A stretch of 64,000 nt of DNA, from NCBI GenBank assembly GCA_032718475.1, contig JAUCBJ010000678.1:67882-131881 (forward strand), written 5' to 3'. The notes beneath the pieces were generated by a model. The model was not told where the DNA came from, ran no database searches, and saw nothing but the letters and a program-made list of their open reading frames with translations. This document shows, one piece after another, positions 1 through 13,809 of this stretch. Source of the DNA: Nemertoderma westbladi (Eukaryota; Animalia; Xenacoelomorpha). Numbering within the stretch: the stretch's first letter is position 1; each line of letters opens with the position of its first letter. Both the position numbers and the translations under genes were made by a program.

Positions 1-63
1 AATATATACCGTTATTCGTGTTATCAGTATTTGCAACATCTGACATTGAAGAGGTGAGAGAAG

Positions 64-522
64 ATGAATACCGGCACTCAACAAAACCAACGCTTATCAC
101 AGGTCGGTATGGTTACCTCGAAACCGGCGCGACTGTCCACTCGAATACAACTTCAAAACACAAACGCCAACAATAAACTGAAAGCGAATCGAACGTCTTC
201 AGAAGAATCTGTCATTGGGACGAAGAAAAGGAAGCCGAAACCACGGGAATGGACCACAGCTAAGATTGAATGATCCCATTGTCAGAGTTGTTGGACCGAA
301 ATTGAAACACCAATTGCCGATGGGCTTGATCTCTCAAACCAAAACTTCCTCTGTGGGGTTTGCGCGGCAGTAAAGATTGAAAGTCTGGAAGCTGGCATCC
401 CTAGGTATTATTATTATAAAGAGCGTCAGCCTGCGTTTAATAAATATATTTTAATACAAAACAGGTCGAACGCAATGAGGCTTATAATGAAGACGAGTAC
501 TGCATTGATTATATTCCTATAA
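64..522 (+). pseudogene. Disabled copy of the 1596-2054 ORF
   Basis: Same sequence, but GAA TGC (E-C) is GAA TGA, giving a stop at 271-273. Confidence 0.7.
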
Positions 523-753
523 ACCACCTGGCTTTGCATATTGAACGTGCGTTTGGAAATAAGTTCGTGCTACCCTTCCGTGGGTGGTAGATGTCGCGGT
601 TATGTATTGGTGGGTGGGGGGGTGCAGATTAAAAGGGGTGAACACGTACTGTCCCCCTTTCTTTGATTAATTGGTGGTGTGGGTTAATCTCTCATAACCT
701 GATTTTGTGATACAGTCGCACAATTTTTATTTGTATCTCATAACTGGGCCTCG

Positions 754-930
754 TGCTGCGCGAAGGCCCCACGAACGTGTCGTTCTGTCGCGTTTTTTTT
801 CAGTATTTTATTTTAAACGTTAATAACTCGGCCAATCCTTGATGAAATCTACCCAAACTTGGTACACATGTTGTTTGGCAAAAGTTTGAAAATTTTCCAA
901 GTAGAATTTGCGTGGGGCCTTCGTGCAGCA
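754..930. mobile_element. Short non-autonomous element with 20-bp inverted repeats (DINE/HINE-like or MITE)
   Basis: tgctgcgcgaaggccccacg (754-773) and cgtggggccttcgtgcagca (911-930) are reverse complements with 1 mismatch. Confidence 0.5.
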
Positions 931-1595
931 TCAGTGTAACTGTTATTGCAGTTATAATAAATTTATTAATCCAAATTTAAAATGCGTTAAATTATTATTA
1001 CTGTAGGATAAATCAGCTGGGTTTCTGACAAATTTTGTAATACAAAGGGGCTGTCTGCATGTACCATGTGTACCGGTACGGTCAGGCTGTACTCAATCCC
1101 TGAATCGAGAATCCTGCAATCAGTCAATACTGCAATACTGGTCAGCCGGTACCATACACTGCAGACATGCCATATCATGTAATCTAATTAAACATGGCCC
1201 TGGCAACCCTTGCGGTGATTATAGTTTAGGCCTAATAGCCCAGTACCGGCACCGGTAATAATAATATAATAGTTTAGATAGTTACCGCTAATCATTCAGT
1301 CATTGGCACGGTACACCGTATTGCTGTACTGCCGTTGTAGTGCGCACCGTAGGTACCACCCTACTACCGGTACCGGCTGACCGGTGGCAACTAGCACTAC
1401 AGGACACTTGCACAACACTGCAGCAACAGCACTACCGGCGATACACAGGTTGGAATTTATGTAGAGTTTGCTCAACAGTACAGATATAAAATAGTTATCT
1501 AAATTATATATATTACTATTGACAAGTATTGAAATATATACCGTTATTCGTGTTATCAGTATTTGCAACATCTGACATTGAAGAGGTGAGAGAAG

Positions 1596-2054
1596 ATGAA
1601 TACCGGCACTCAACAAAACCAACGCTTATCACAGGTCGGTATGGTTACCTCAAAACCGGCGCGACTGTCCACTCGAATACAACTTCAAAACACAAACGCC
1701 AACAATAAACTGAAAGCGAATCGAACGTCTTCAGAAGAATCTGTCATTGGGACGAAGAAAAGGAAGCCGAAGCCACGGGAATGGACCACAGCTAAGATTG
1801 AATGCTCCCATTGTCAGAGTTCCTGGACCGAAATTGAAACACCAATTGCCGATGGGCTTGATCTCTCAAACCAAAACTTCCTCTGCGGGGTTTGCGTGGC
1901 AGTAAAGATTGAAAGTCTGGAAGCTGGCATCCCTAGGTATTATTATTATAAAGAGCGTCAGCCTGCGTTTAATAAATATATTTTAATACAAAACAGGTCG
2001 AACGCAAAGAGGCTTATAATGAAGACGAGTACTGCATTGATTATATTCCTATAA
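1596..2054 (+). mobile_element. LINE ORF1-like fragment with degenerate PHD-type zinc finger
   Basis: 152-aa ORF with a basic N-terminus and IECSHCQSSW...NFLCGVC, which resembles the C-terminal half of PHD fingers in CR1/L2-type ORF1 proteins. No ORF2 follows. Confidence 0.45.
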
Positions 2055-2479
2055 ACCACCTGGCTTTGCATATTGAACGTGCGTTTGGAAATAAGTTCGT
2101 GCTACCCTTCCGTGGGTGGTAGATGTCGCGGTTATGTATTGGTGGGTGGGGGGAGGGGGGGGGGGGGGAGTGCAGATTAAAAGGGGTGAACACGTACGTC
2201 CCCCTTTCTTTGATTAATTAGTGGTGTGGGTTAATCTCTCATAACCTGATTTTGTGATACAGTCGCACAATTTTAATTTGTATCTCATAACTGGGCCTCG
2301 TGCTGCGCGAAGGCCCCACGAACGTGTAGTTACTGTATGGTTTGGTATAATTTTTCTTGTGGTAGTTGGGTTGGGTTATGTAGCACTAAAATCGATTTGG
2401 TATTTCATTTTTTAATTTGCCTTAGTGCCGAGTTCTTAGTAGACTGCCGAATTGTGATCTTTATTTTGTATCTTCGCAG

Positions 2480-2815
2480 GTAATATTCCTCGTCATGTCC
2501 TTCCAATACCTTCTTCTGACCTACTCCCACACTGTTTGGCCAGTTTCCTTAGACGATTTAGTTTCGGGTTATCTCTCGGAGCCCTTCCTCACTACACTCA
2601 TGGGTCTCAATAGCTGCTCTATCGTGTGGGGAGCCGTCCTCATCTATTACCAACTCAAGGCTGTATCACGAGGTGGCGCGTCTGTTTATTACAATTTACG
2701 AACGCAAAAACAACATAAACAAGAAACAAGAAGTCGACAAATCCGGAATATTTTATACTTTCTTATTCGTGGTAGATTGCCCACACAGCCAATGGATGCT
2801 GCAGTACATACATAA
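2480..2815 (+). CDS. Probable terminal coding exon of a DHHC palmitoyltransferase (ZDHHC13/17, HIP14-like)
   Basis: Acceptor tcttcgcag|G at 2479/2480, in frame to TAA at 2813-2815. Peptide ...LMGLNSCSIVWGAVLIYYQLKAVSRGG...RNILYFL resembles, from memory, the last TM helix (LNS..W.AVL..Q...S..G) and RNIxxF tail of HIP14-type zDHHCs. The DHHC motif itself is not in the window. Confidence 0.55.
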   Translation, partial: VIFLVMSFQYLLLTYSHTVWPVSLDDLVSGYLSEPFLTTLMGLNSCSIVWGAVLIYYQLKAVSRGGASVYYNLRTQKQHKQETRSRQIRNILYFLIRGRLPTQPMDAAVHT

Positions 2816-3235
2816 ATCATTAGTGTCTTTGTTTTGTTTATATTTTATATTGTAAATCATTATACGACTACTATAAACTAAATTATAGATTAATTTATTG
2901 ATACCTTCGTAGTTCGAGGTTTCAGTGTAAGACATCATCTCCCGATCATCAACTTTACGATGCCATTTATACGTAAAGAATCAAGGCTACCTATAAGACA
3001 ATTATTTTTAACTAATAGCTACTAATAGTATTTTGGGTAGCATTGGTTTCCAATCAATATTAGTTGTGTATCTGTTTACTTTTATACTTATTTAATAATA
3101 TTATTATCACCCACCCACCACCTGTATACCCAGTATTTTTTAGAATGAAGCTCTATAAGACAACATAGTTCACGGCTTATTATAATTGTTTTTAGTGATT
3201 CTTATGATTCAACAATAATTACTTATTCACTTTAT

Positions 3236-5022
3236 TTCCCATTCGTTCTATTAGCGAGCGTTTCCATTGGTTCTGTTAGCGAGCGTTCCTATTGATTCTA
3301 TCAGCGAGCGTTCCCATTGGTTCTATTAGCAGGCGTTCCCATTGGTTCTATTAGCGAGCGTTCCCAATTGATTGTATTAGCGAGCGTTCCCATTGGTTCT
3401 ATAAACGAGCGTTCCCAATTGATTTTATTAGCGAGCGTTCCCATTGGTTCTATTAGCGAGCGTTCCTATTGGTTCTATTAGCGAGCGTTCCCATTGGTTC
3501 TATTAGCGAGCGTTCCCATTTGTTCTATTAGCGACCGTTCCCATTGGTTCTATTAGCGAGCGTTCCCATTGGTTATATTAGCGAGCGTTCCTATTGGTTC
3601 TATTAGCGAGCGTCCCAATTGATTTTATTAGCGAGCGTTCCCAATTGATTTTATTAGCAAGCGTTCCCATTGGTTCTATTAGCGAGCGTTTCCATTTGTT
3701 CTTTTAGCGAGCGTTCCCATTGGTTCTATTAGCGGGCGTTCCTATTGGTTATATTAGCGAGCGTTCCCATTGGTTCTATTATGGAGCGTTCCCATTTGTT
3801 CTATTAGCGAGCGTTCCCATTGGTTCTATTAGCGAGCGTTCCCAACTGGTTCTATTAGCGAGCGTTCCCAACTGACTCTATTAGCGGGTGTACCCATTGG
3901 TTCTATTACCGAGCGTTCCCAGTGGTTCTATTAGCGAATGTTCCCAATTGATTTTAATAGCGAGCGTTCCCATTGGTTCTATTAGCTAGCGTTCCCATTG
4001 GTTCTATTAGCTAGCGTTCCCATTGGTTCTATTAGCGAGCGTTCCCAATTGATTTTATTAGCGAGCGTTCCCATTGGTTCTATTGGCGAGCGTTCCCATT
4101 GGTTCTATTAGCGAGCGTTCCTATTGGTTCTATTAGCGAGCGTTCCCATTGGTTCTATTAGCAGGCGTTCCCATTGGTTCTGTTAGCGAGCGTTCCTATT
4201 GGTTCTATTAGCGATCGTTCCCATTGATTCTATTAGCGAGCGTTCCCATTGGTTCTATTAGCAGGCGTTCCCATTGGTTCTATTAGCGAGCGTTCCCAAT
4301 TGATTGTATTAGCGAGCGTTCCTATTGGTTCTATTAGCGAGCGTTCCCATTGGTTCTATTAGCAGGCGTTCCCCTTGGTTCTATTAGCAGGCGTTCCCAT
4401 TGGTTCTGTTAGCGAGCGTTCCTATTGGTTCTATTAGCGAGCGTTCCCATTGATTCTATTAGCGAGCGTTCCCATTGGTTCTATTAGCGAGCGTTCCCAA
4501 TTGATTGTATTAGCGAGCGTTCCCATTGGTTCTATAAACGAGCGTTCCCAATTGGTTCTATTAGCAGGCGTTCCTATTGGTTCTATTAACGAGCGTTCCA
4601 ATTGTTTCTATTAGCAGGCGTTCCTATTGGTTCTATTAGCAGGCGTTCCCATTGGTTCTATTAGCGAGCGTTCCCAATTGATTGTATTAGCGAGCGTTCC
4701 CATTGGTTCTATAAACGAGCGTTCCCAATTGGTTCTATTAGCGAGCGTTCCCATTGGTTCTATTAGCAGGCGTTCCCATTGGTTCTGTTAGCGAGCGTTC
4801 CTATTGGTTCTATTAGCGAGCGTTCCCATTGATTCTATTAGCGAGCGTTCCCATTGGTTCTATTAGCAGGCGTTCCCATTGGTTCTATTAGCGAGCGTTC
4901 CCAATTGATTGTATTAGCGAGCGTTCCCATTGGTTCTATTAACGAGCGTTCCAATTGTTTCTATTAGCAGGCGTTCCTATTGGTTCTATTAGCAAGCGTT
5001 CCCATTGGTTCTATTAGCGAGC
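3236..5022. repeat. 25-bp minisatellite (cccattggttctattagcgagcgtt), about 70 copies
   Basis: Tandem unit directly visible, with point variants and 26-bp cccaattgatt variants. Confidence 0.97.
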
Positions 5023-5114
5023 GGTTTGATTTGATCCCGCTAAATTCTTTCATGTTTACAGCTGAAGGACTAAACTAAACTGATAGGGGAGTATCCCTGG
5101 ACGCAATCAAAATT

Positions 5115-5340
5115 TATCCCTCTCCAGGGGAAAATCGACACAAAAAAAACAGTTGATTTTTGACAAAATATTATACTGTAAACTATTGGGAGAAACGAAA
5201 TTGCGACAACTATGGAGAATCGGGAAGCCTGGAAGGATCTCATTTCCACTGTCAGAGTTCGCTCGACCTAGTAGTAAACTATTGACTTTTGTTTTTTGTT
5301 TTGGCTAGAATAACGTATCACTGCAACATGCTCCTTGATG
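5115..5340 (+). repeat. Dispersed repeat family, also at about 6628-6740 and 39270-39450
   Basis: Shared diverged core tattgacttt.gttt.ttgttt.gg.tagaata in all three. The 5115 and 39270 copies also share ccctc.cca.ggga.aatcgac.caaa.aacagttga. Confidence 0.6.
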
Positions 5341-6855
5341 AGCAAAATTAACCTGGAACCCGAGGATTGGCGATAGTTTATTGTTTTGGTTAGTACATAG
5401 TGCGACTTTTAAACTATAACTCATTGCAAATGGTTTTGACCCCTTCCACCCCCACACCCACCCCCAATCTAATTATATTGAATAGTTTTAAACTCGTATT
5501 GAATTTTCAATTTGTAACTTATACGCCTTCCATGATTAAACGCCCCCCTCAAATAAACGCCTCCTCATTTGGCAATTCATAAACTTAACGCCCAGGCTCT
5601 TATTCGAAGAAATATGGTAAATTTTTCAGATTTATTTAACAAATATTCACCAAAATGATTGGCGTAGATGAATCTATTTGGAAAGGTTTTTGGGGACGAC
5701 AAATCTTATTGGCTGATTTATATAACTCCTTTATGTTAATTAGGCCCCCTCGCTATTGTACTCAACGAAAATGATAATTTATATTTGTTAATGACTGACG
5801 AATTCCCTTAAGCTCCTGAAACTGATATACAAGGGGTTCACAATTCGATAACCATTGCACACTACTAAGTTTGTCTACACTAATATGCAGAATACAGGTA
5901 CCCCACCTAATACTGTAGTACCTTTTTGTGTGACGTTGCTAAGGACAAATATATAGCAATTAGGCAGATTAACTAACCTCTGCGGGGCGATTTTTCCAAA
6001 TTTCCTAACATCCCTGTTGTTACCGACCTGCTACCTTCGTTACCACCCTGTTACTTTGGTTACCGGTACATTCTATATTAATTATTATTATTGCTTGTTA
6101 AATTGCGCAGTTCCCTGTTGCATTCCATTCCATGAATTCATTTCCTTATATTTCCCTGTTGTAGTCTGCTTAACTGCATAGCCTATGGAACAACAGAGTT
6201 TATTATTAGGAGTAAGTAAGTATTGAGTTGCTCAATCAATACTTATCTTTCTTCTAAACACAATTGAATGACAAGGCTTGCGCGGTTTATTATTTTATTA
6301 AACACCATACGTGTTGGTTCAAATGGAAATATTAATCACCAGCGACATTGTTAGTTATACCAAACATATTGCAACAGCAGTTGGTTGATTCTACACATCA
6401 GCGCGATGTTTACTGCGTTTAATTAGGCTATAAAAGTTACCATCATACTTTCTTATGGGTACTGTTCAACATTATTTGTTCTTAAATTTTAACATTACTT
6501 AACTCAGTATTGAGAGTGAGTTGTTATATCGCCAGATAGCGGGGACTTTCGATGCATTCAAAAGTAATACTGGGAAGAAAATCTACATAAATAGTAACCT
6601 ACAACTCGCAAAAAGTAAAACTCTCTGTTCTATTGACTTTCGTTTATTGTTTAGGTTAGAATAACGTGTCAATGTATCCTGCTCCTTTCCCAATTGATAT
6701 AATTTAACATTGCCAAGACGAAATATTCATTCGCTGAAATTCATTTTTGAGAGGCGGCGGTCATCCTCTGGCGCTAGACTGGGGGGGGGGGGGGAATTTT
6801 CGAAAATTCAAAATTTTCGGCCTGGATTGCTGCAGAGAATAATTTATGCAACATA

Positions 6856-8183
6856 CAGTCGGGGGGGGGGGGGGGGGGTGGGGGTTGTATGGGTCTATTT
6901 TTTTTAATGACTTTTTGCTTTTGATCTTTCAATATGAAATAAAAACATTATCTAACGTAACATTGTATTATTCTAGTTTCTGAATTTACTGTATAAGAAT
7001 CGACAGTAGATAACTATTCTATGGAAAGATATTTCAGTTTTTAAAAGTAATGAATCGTCTGGAAAAATGGGTCAAGTGTGGGGTTAAATGGGTCTATGTT
7101 GAATCTTTGGCAAAATTAGCTATATATTGTGGGATTTAAAGCGGGTTGAATGGGTCGTTGCAAAGCAGAACAAAATTTGCAAAAATTTGATATATAGATT
7201 GCATACATTTTAACTTATATTTTGTCAAAATGTAAGTTCAAAATATTAAATTTAATATTAAGAATGTTCTCCTAAATAAGAGTCATAATTATTTAAAAGT
7301 TCACGACAGAAACAATCAAGGTGCTAGCTCTTCTTCTCCGAAGGTGTTTATTTCAAAGCGAAACGTGCGTTGCACACGTTTAGTACCTCCTGCCGCAACT
7401 GGTATGTTTAACTTTCTCCTAATCTCCGAGAATGAATGACAACCATACTCCGGTGGATCCGTTAGTACAACCGTAACACCAACTTCAATCTTGTTGCAAG
7501 CTTTTACACGCGATGTGTATAATGTACAGTAATCTCCATGTTATCATTATTTACCTAACCTTAGAAACATAATTCTTTGACCTTCCACGACTTCCGGCCA
7601 CCTCGACTAACATCCAGTCCCCACCGTTAGACTTGAAGTTAATTCCGTCAGTGTATGTTGCTTATTAGTTCAAGTTCCCTCGAAAATCAATATCCATCGC
7701 TTACAGGGCCTATCGATCTACAGTGGCTTTAAATTCCCATCAGTTTTTTTTTATCATGATAGACCCATTTTACCCCACTCTAAAAAATTCAGATAGACCC
7801 ATTTTCCCCCGTTTTACAAATTAATCGTTTCTCCTCGTTTAAAGCGCTCCATGATACACTACTGAAACGATAGCTTGGTAAATGGGGAATCTCAACAATC
7901 CATTCTTCAACGTCCCACACTAACCAGAACACAGAAAATCGCTTAGTGTTGAGTGTTTGAGTGTTTTTATGGCGGGAAAATATATTTTTTTCACCAGCAA
8001 TAATTTACATGAAGTAAACTTCAAATGTTAACATATTATAGGTCAATAAAAAGGAAATTTATTAGACTACTAGAAACAATTAAATTATTGTGGTCATCGT
8101 AAGTATTTTTCGAAATATGACAGAAAATATCGAATAGACCCATTTAGCCCCACGACCCATTCAACCCCACCCCTCCCTACATG
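6856..8183. mobile_element. MITE with G-rich TIRs and TA target duplication (Tc1/mariner-type)
   Basis: Left TA|cagtc(g)n gtgggggttgtatgggtc; right gacccattcaaccccacccctccctacatg|TA. Internal atgggtc motifs at 7066-7157 are inverted at 7760-7810 and 8135-8170. Confidence 0.65.
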
Positions 8184-8296
8184 TATTTGGGCGCCTTTAG
8201 AATACAGAACGTAATCATCACACAATTTTCTATCTCTTCGCTTGCTTTTGCTGTAGGCCTACATTTAGTTAAAGATCTGCACAGATACTATATGAT

Positions 8297-11200
8297 TACT
8301 ACTACTGTCTGTATACTACTACTGTCTGTATACTACTACTATCTGTATACTACTACTGTCTGTATACTACTACTGTCTGTATACTACTACTGTATGTATA
8401 CTACTACTGTCTGTATACTACTACTGTCTGTATACTACTACTGTATGTATACTACTACTGTCTGTATACTACTACTGTATGTATACTACTACTGTCTGTA
8501 TACTACTACTGTCTGTATACTACTACTACTGTCTGTATACTACTACTGTATGTATACTACTACTGTATGTATACTACTACTGTCTGTATACTACTACTGT
8601 CTGTATACTACTACTGTATGTCTGTATACTACTACTGTCTGTATACTACTACTGTATGTATACTACTACTGTCTGTATACTACTACTGTCTGTATACTAC
8701 TACTGTATGTCTGTATACTACTACTGTCTGTATACTACTTCTGTATGTATACTACAACTGTCTGTATACTACTACTGTCTGTATACTACTACTGTATGTA
8801 TACTACTACTGTATGTATACTACTACTGTCTGTATACTACAACTGTATGTATACTACTACTGTATGTATACTACTCATGTCTGTATACTACAACTGTATG
8901 TATACTACTACTGTATGTATACTACTACTGTCTGTATACTACAACAGTGTGTATACTACTACTGTCTGTATACTACTACTGTATGTATACTACTACTGTC
9001 TGTATACTACTACTGTATGTATACTACTACTGTCTGTATACTACTACTGTATGTATACTACTACTGTGTGTATACTACTACTGTCTGTATACTACAACTG
9101 TATGTATACTACTACTGTATGTAATACTACTCATGTCTGTATACTACTACTGTCTGTATACTACTACTGTCTGTATACTACTACTGTCTGTATACTACTA
9201 CTGTATGTATACTACTACTGTATGTATACTACTACTGTATGTCTGTATACTACTACTGTATGTATACTACTACTGTATGTATACTACTACTGTATGTATA
9301 CTACTACTGTATGTCTGTATACTACTACTGTATGTATACTACTACTGTCTGTATACTACTACTGTATGTATACTACTACTGTATGTCTGTATACTACTAC
9401 TGTATGTATACTACTACTGTCAGTATACTACTACTGTATGTATACTACTACTGTATGTATACTACTACTGTATGTCTGTATACTACTACTGTATGTATAC
9501 TGCTACTGTATGTCTGTATACTACTACTGTATGTATACTACTACTGTATGTATACTACTACTGTATGTCTGTATACTACTACTGTATGTATACTACTACT
9601 GTCTGTATACTACTACTGTATGTATACTACTACTGTATGTCTGTATACTACTACTGTATGTATACTACTACTGTCAGTATACTACTACTGTATGTATACT
9701 ACTACTATATGTATACTACTACTGTATGTATACTACTACTGTATGTATACTACTACTGTATGTCTGTATACTACTACTGTATGTCTGTATACTACTACTG
9801 TATGTCTGTATACTACTACTGTATGTCTGTATACTACTACTGTATGTATACTACTACTGTATGTATACTACTACTGTATGTATACTACTACTGTATGTAT
9901 ACTACTCATCTCTGTATACTACTACTGTCTGTATACTACTACTGTCTGTATACTACTACTGTATGTATACTACTACAGTATGTATACTACTACTGTATGT
10001 ATACTACTACTGTATGTCTGTATACTACTACTGTCTGTATACTACTACTGTCGGTATACTACTACTGTATGTATACTACTACTACTGTCTGTATACTACT
10101 TCTGTATGTATACTACTACTGTATGTATACTACTACTATCTGTATACTACTACTGTATGTATACTACTACTGTCTTTATACTATAACTGTATGTATACTA
10201 CTACTGTATGTATACTACTACTGTCTGTATACAACTACTGTATGTATACTACTACTGTCTGTATACTACTACTGTATGTATACTACTACTGTCTGTATAC
10301 TACTACTGTCTGTATACTACTACTGTCTGTATACTTCTACTGTATGTATACTACTACTGTCTGTATACTACTACTATCTGTATACTACTACTGTCTGTAT
10401 ACTACTACTGTATGTATACTACTACTGTCTGTATACTACTACTGTATGTATACTACTACTGTATGTATACTACTACTGTCTGTATACTACTACTGTCTGT
10501 ATACTACTACTGTCTGTATACTACTACTATCTGTATACTACTACTGTCTGTATACTACTACTGTCTGTATACTACTACTGTCTGTATACTACTACTGTCT
10601 GTATACTACTACTGTCTGTATACTACTACTGTCTGTATACTACTACTGTATGTATACTACTACTGTATGTATACTACTACTGTATGTATACTACTACTGT
10701 ATGTATACTACTACTGTCTGTATACTACTACTATATGTATACTACTAAGGAAAGTATACTACTACTGTCTGTATACTACTACTGTCTGTATACTACTACT
10801 GTCTGTATACTACTACTGTCTGTATACTACTACTGTCTGTATACTACTACTGTCTGTATACTACTACTGTCTGTATACTACTACTGTATGTATACTACTA
10901 CTGTATGTATACTACTACTGTATGTATACTACTACTGTATGTATACTACTACTGTCTGTATACTACTACTGTATGTATACTACTACTGTATGTATACTAC
11001 TACTGTATGTATACTACTACTGTCTGTATACTACTACTGTATGTATACTACTACTGTATGTATACTACTACTGTATGTATACTACTACTGTATGTATACT
11101 ACTACTGTCTGTATACTACTACTGTCTGTATACTACTACTGTCTGTATACTACTACTGTATGTATACTACTACTGTATGTATACTACTACTGTATGTATA

Positions 11201-13686
11201 CTACTACTGTCTGTATACTACTACTGTATGTATACTACTACTGTATGTATACTACTACTGTATGTATACTACTACTGTATGTATACTACTACTGTCTGTA
11301 TACTACTACTGTCTGTATACTACTACTGTCTGTATACTACTACTGTCTGTATACTACTACTGTATGTATACTACTACTGTATGTATACTACTACTGTCTG
11401 TATACTACTACTGTATGTATACTACTACTGTATGTATACTACTACTGTCTGTATACTACTACTGTCTGTATACTACTACTGTCTGTATACTACTACTGTC
11501 TGTATACTACTACTGTATGTATACTACTACTGTATGTATACTACTACTGTATGTATACTACTACTGTATGTATACTACTACTGTCTGTATACTACTACTG
11601 TATGTATACTACTACTGTATGTATACTACTACTGTCTGTATACTACTACTGTCTGTATACTACTACTGTCTGTATACTACTACTGTCTGTATACTACTAC
11701 TGTATGTATACTACTACTGTATGTATACCACTACTGTATGTATACTACTACTGTATGTATACTACTACTGTATGTATACTACTACTGTATGTATACTACT
11801 ACTGTATATATACTACTACTGTCTGTATACTACTACTATATGTATACTACTAAGGAAAGTATACTACTACTGTCTGTATACTACTACTGTCTGTATACTA
11901 CTACTGTCTGTATACTACTACTGTCTGTATACTACTACTGTCTGTATACTACTACTGTATGTATACTACTACTGTATGTATACTACTACTGTATGTATAC
12001 TACTACTGTATGTATACTACTACTGTATGTATACTACTACTGTATGTATACTACTACTGTCTGTATACTACTACTGTATGTATACTACTACTGTATGTAT
12101 ACTACTACTGTATGTATACTACTACTGTCTGTATACTACTACTGTATGTATACTACTACTGTATGTATACTACTACTGTATGTATACTACTACTGTCTGT
12201 ATACTTCTACTGTATGTATACTACTACTGTATGTATACTACTACTGTCTGTATACTTCTACTGTATGTATACTACTACTGTCTGTATACTACTACTGTAT
12301 GTATACTACTACTGTCTGTATACTACTACTGTCTGTATACTACTACTGTATGTATACTACTACTGTCTGTATACTACTACTGTATGTATACTACTACTGT
12401 ATGTATACTACTACTGTATGTATACTACTACTGTATGTATACTACTACTGTCTGTATACTACTACTGTCTGTATACTACTACTGTCTGTATACTACTACT
12501 GTATGTATACTACTACTGTCTGTATACTACTACTGTATGTATACTACTACTGTATGTATACTACTACTGTCTGTATACTACTACTGTCTGTATACTACTA
12601 CTGTCTGTATACTACTACTGTCTGTATACTACTACTGTCTGTATACTACTACTGTATGTATACTACTACTGTCTGTATACTACTACTGTATGTATACTAC
12701 TACTGTATGTATACTACTACTGTCTGTTTACTACTACTGTCTGTATACTACTACTGTCTGTATACTACTACTGTCTGTATACTACTACTGTCTGTATACT
12801 ACTACTGTCTGTATACTACTACTGTATGTATACTACTACTGTCTGTATACTACTACTGTCTGTATACTACTACTGTATGTATACTACTACTGTATGTATA
12901 CTACTACTGTATGTATACTACTACTGTATGTATACTACTACTGTATGTATACTACTACTGTATGTATACTACTACTGTCTGTATACTACTACTGTCTGTA
13001 TACTACTACTGTCTGTATACTACTACTGTATGTATACTACTACTGTATGTATACTACTACTGTATGTATACTACTACTATCTGTATACTACTACTGTATG
13101 TATACTACTACTGTCTTTATACTATAACTGTATGTATACTACTACTGTATGTATACTACTACTGTCTGTATACAACTACTGTATGTATACTACTACTGTC
13201 TGTATACAACTACTGTATGTATACTACTACTGTCTGTATACTACTACTATATGTATACTACTAAGGAAAGTATACTACTACTGTCTGTATACTACTACTG
13301 TCTGTATACTACTACTGTCTGTATACTACTACTGTATATATACTACTACTGTCTGTATACTACTACTATATGTATACTACTAAGGAAAGTATACTACTAC
13401 TGTCTGTATACTACTACTGTCTGTATACTACTACTGTCTGTATACTACTACTGTCTGTATACTACTACTGTATATATACTACTACTGTCTGTATACTACT
13501 ACTGTCTGTATACTACTACTGTCTGTATACTACTACTGTATGTCTGTATACTACTACTGTATGTATACTACTACTGTATGTATACTACTACTGTCTGTAT
13601 ACTACTACTGTCTGTATACTACTACTGTCTGTATACTACTACTGTATATATACTACTACTGTCTGTATACTACTACTGTATGTCTG
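8297..13686. repeat. 17-bp satellite (tatactactactgt[c/a]tg), about 5.4 kb, roughly 310 copies
   Basis: Directly visible. The unit has no stop in any + frame, which explains the YTTTVCILLL ORFs. Confidence 0.98.
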
Positions 13687-13809
13687 ATATGAGAGACATT
13701 TGTTTCCTGTTTGTTATAAATTAATTCCTGATTAAGTATTTTTGTTATTTTCCATATTACATTTTACATAATACTAATAATTAGGTTGATTAAATATCAA
13801 TTCTGAGTA

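Larger units (their letters stand above)
1..2327. repeat. Direct duplication, offset 1532 bp (1-780 matches 1533-2327)
   Basis: Position 1 (aatatataccgttattcgtg) recurs at 1533. Near-identity continues to ...aaggccccacgaacgtgt at 780 and 2327. Differences are a few substitutions and a longer poly-G in copy 2. Confidence 0.92.

Noticed and set aside
8181-13724. Long + strand ORFs (up to 1124 aa, YTTTVCILLL repeats)
   Set aside because: Artefact of a 17-bp satellite lacking stops; the same peptide appears in all three frames.
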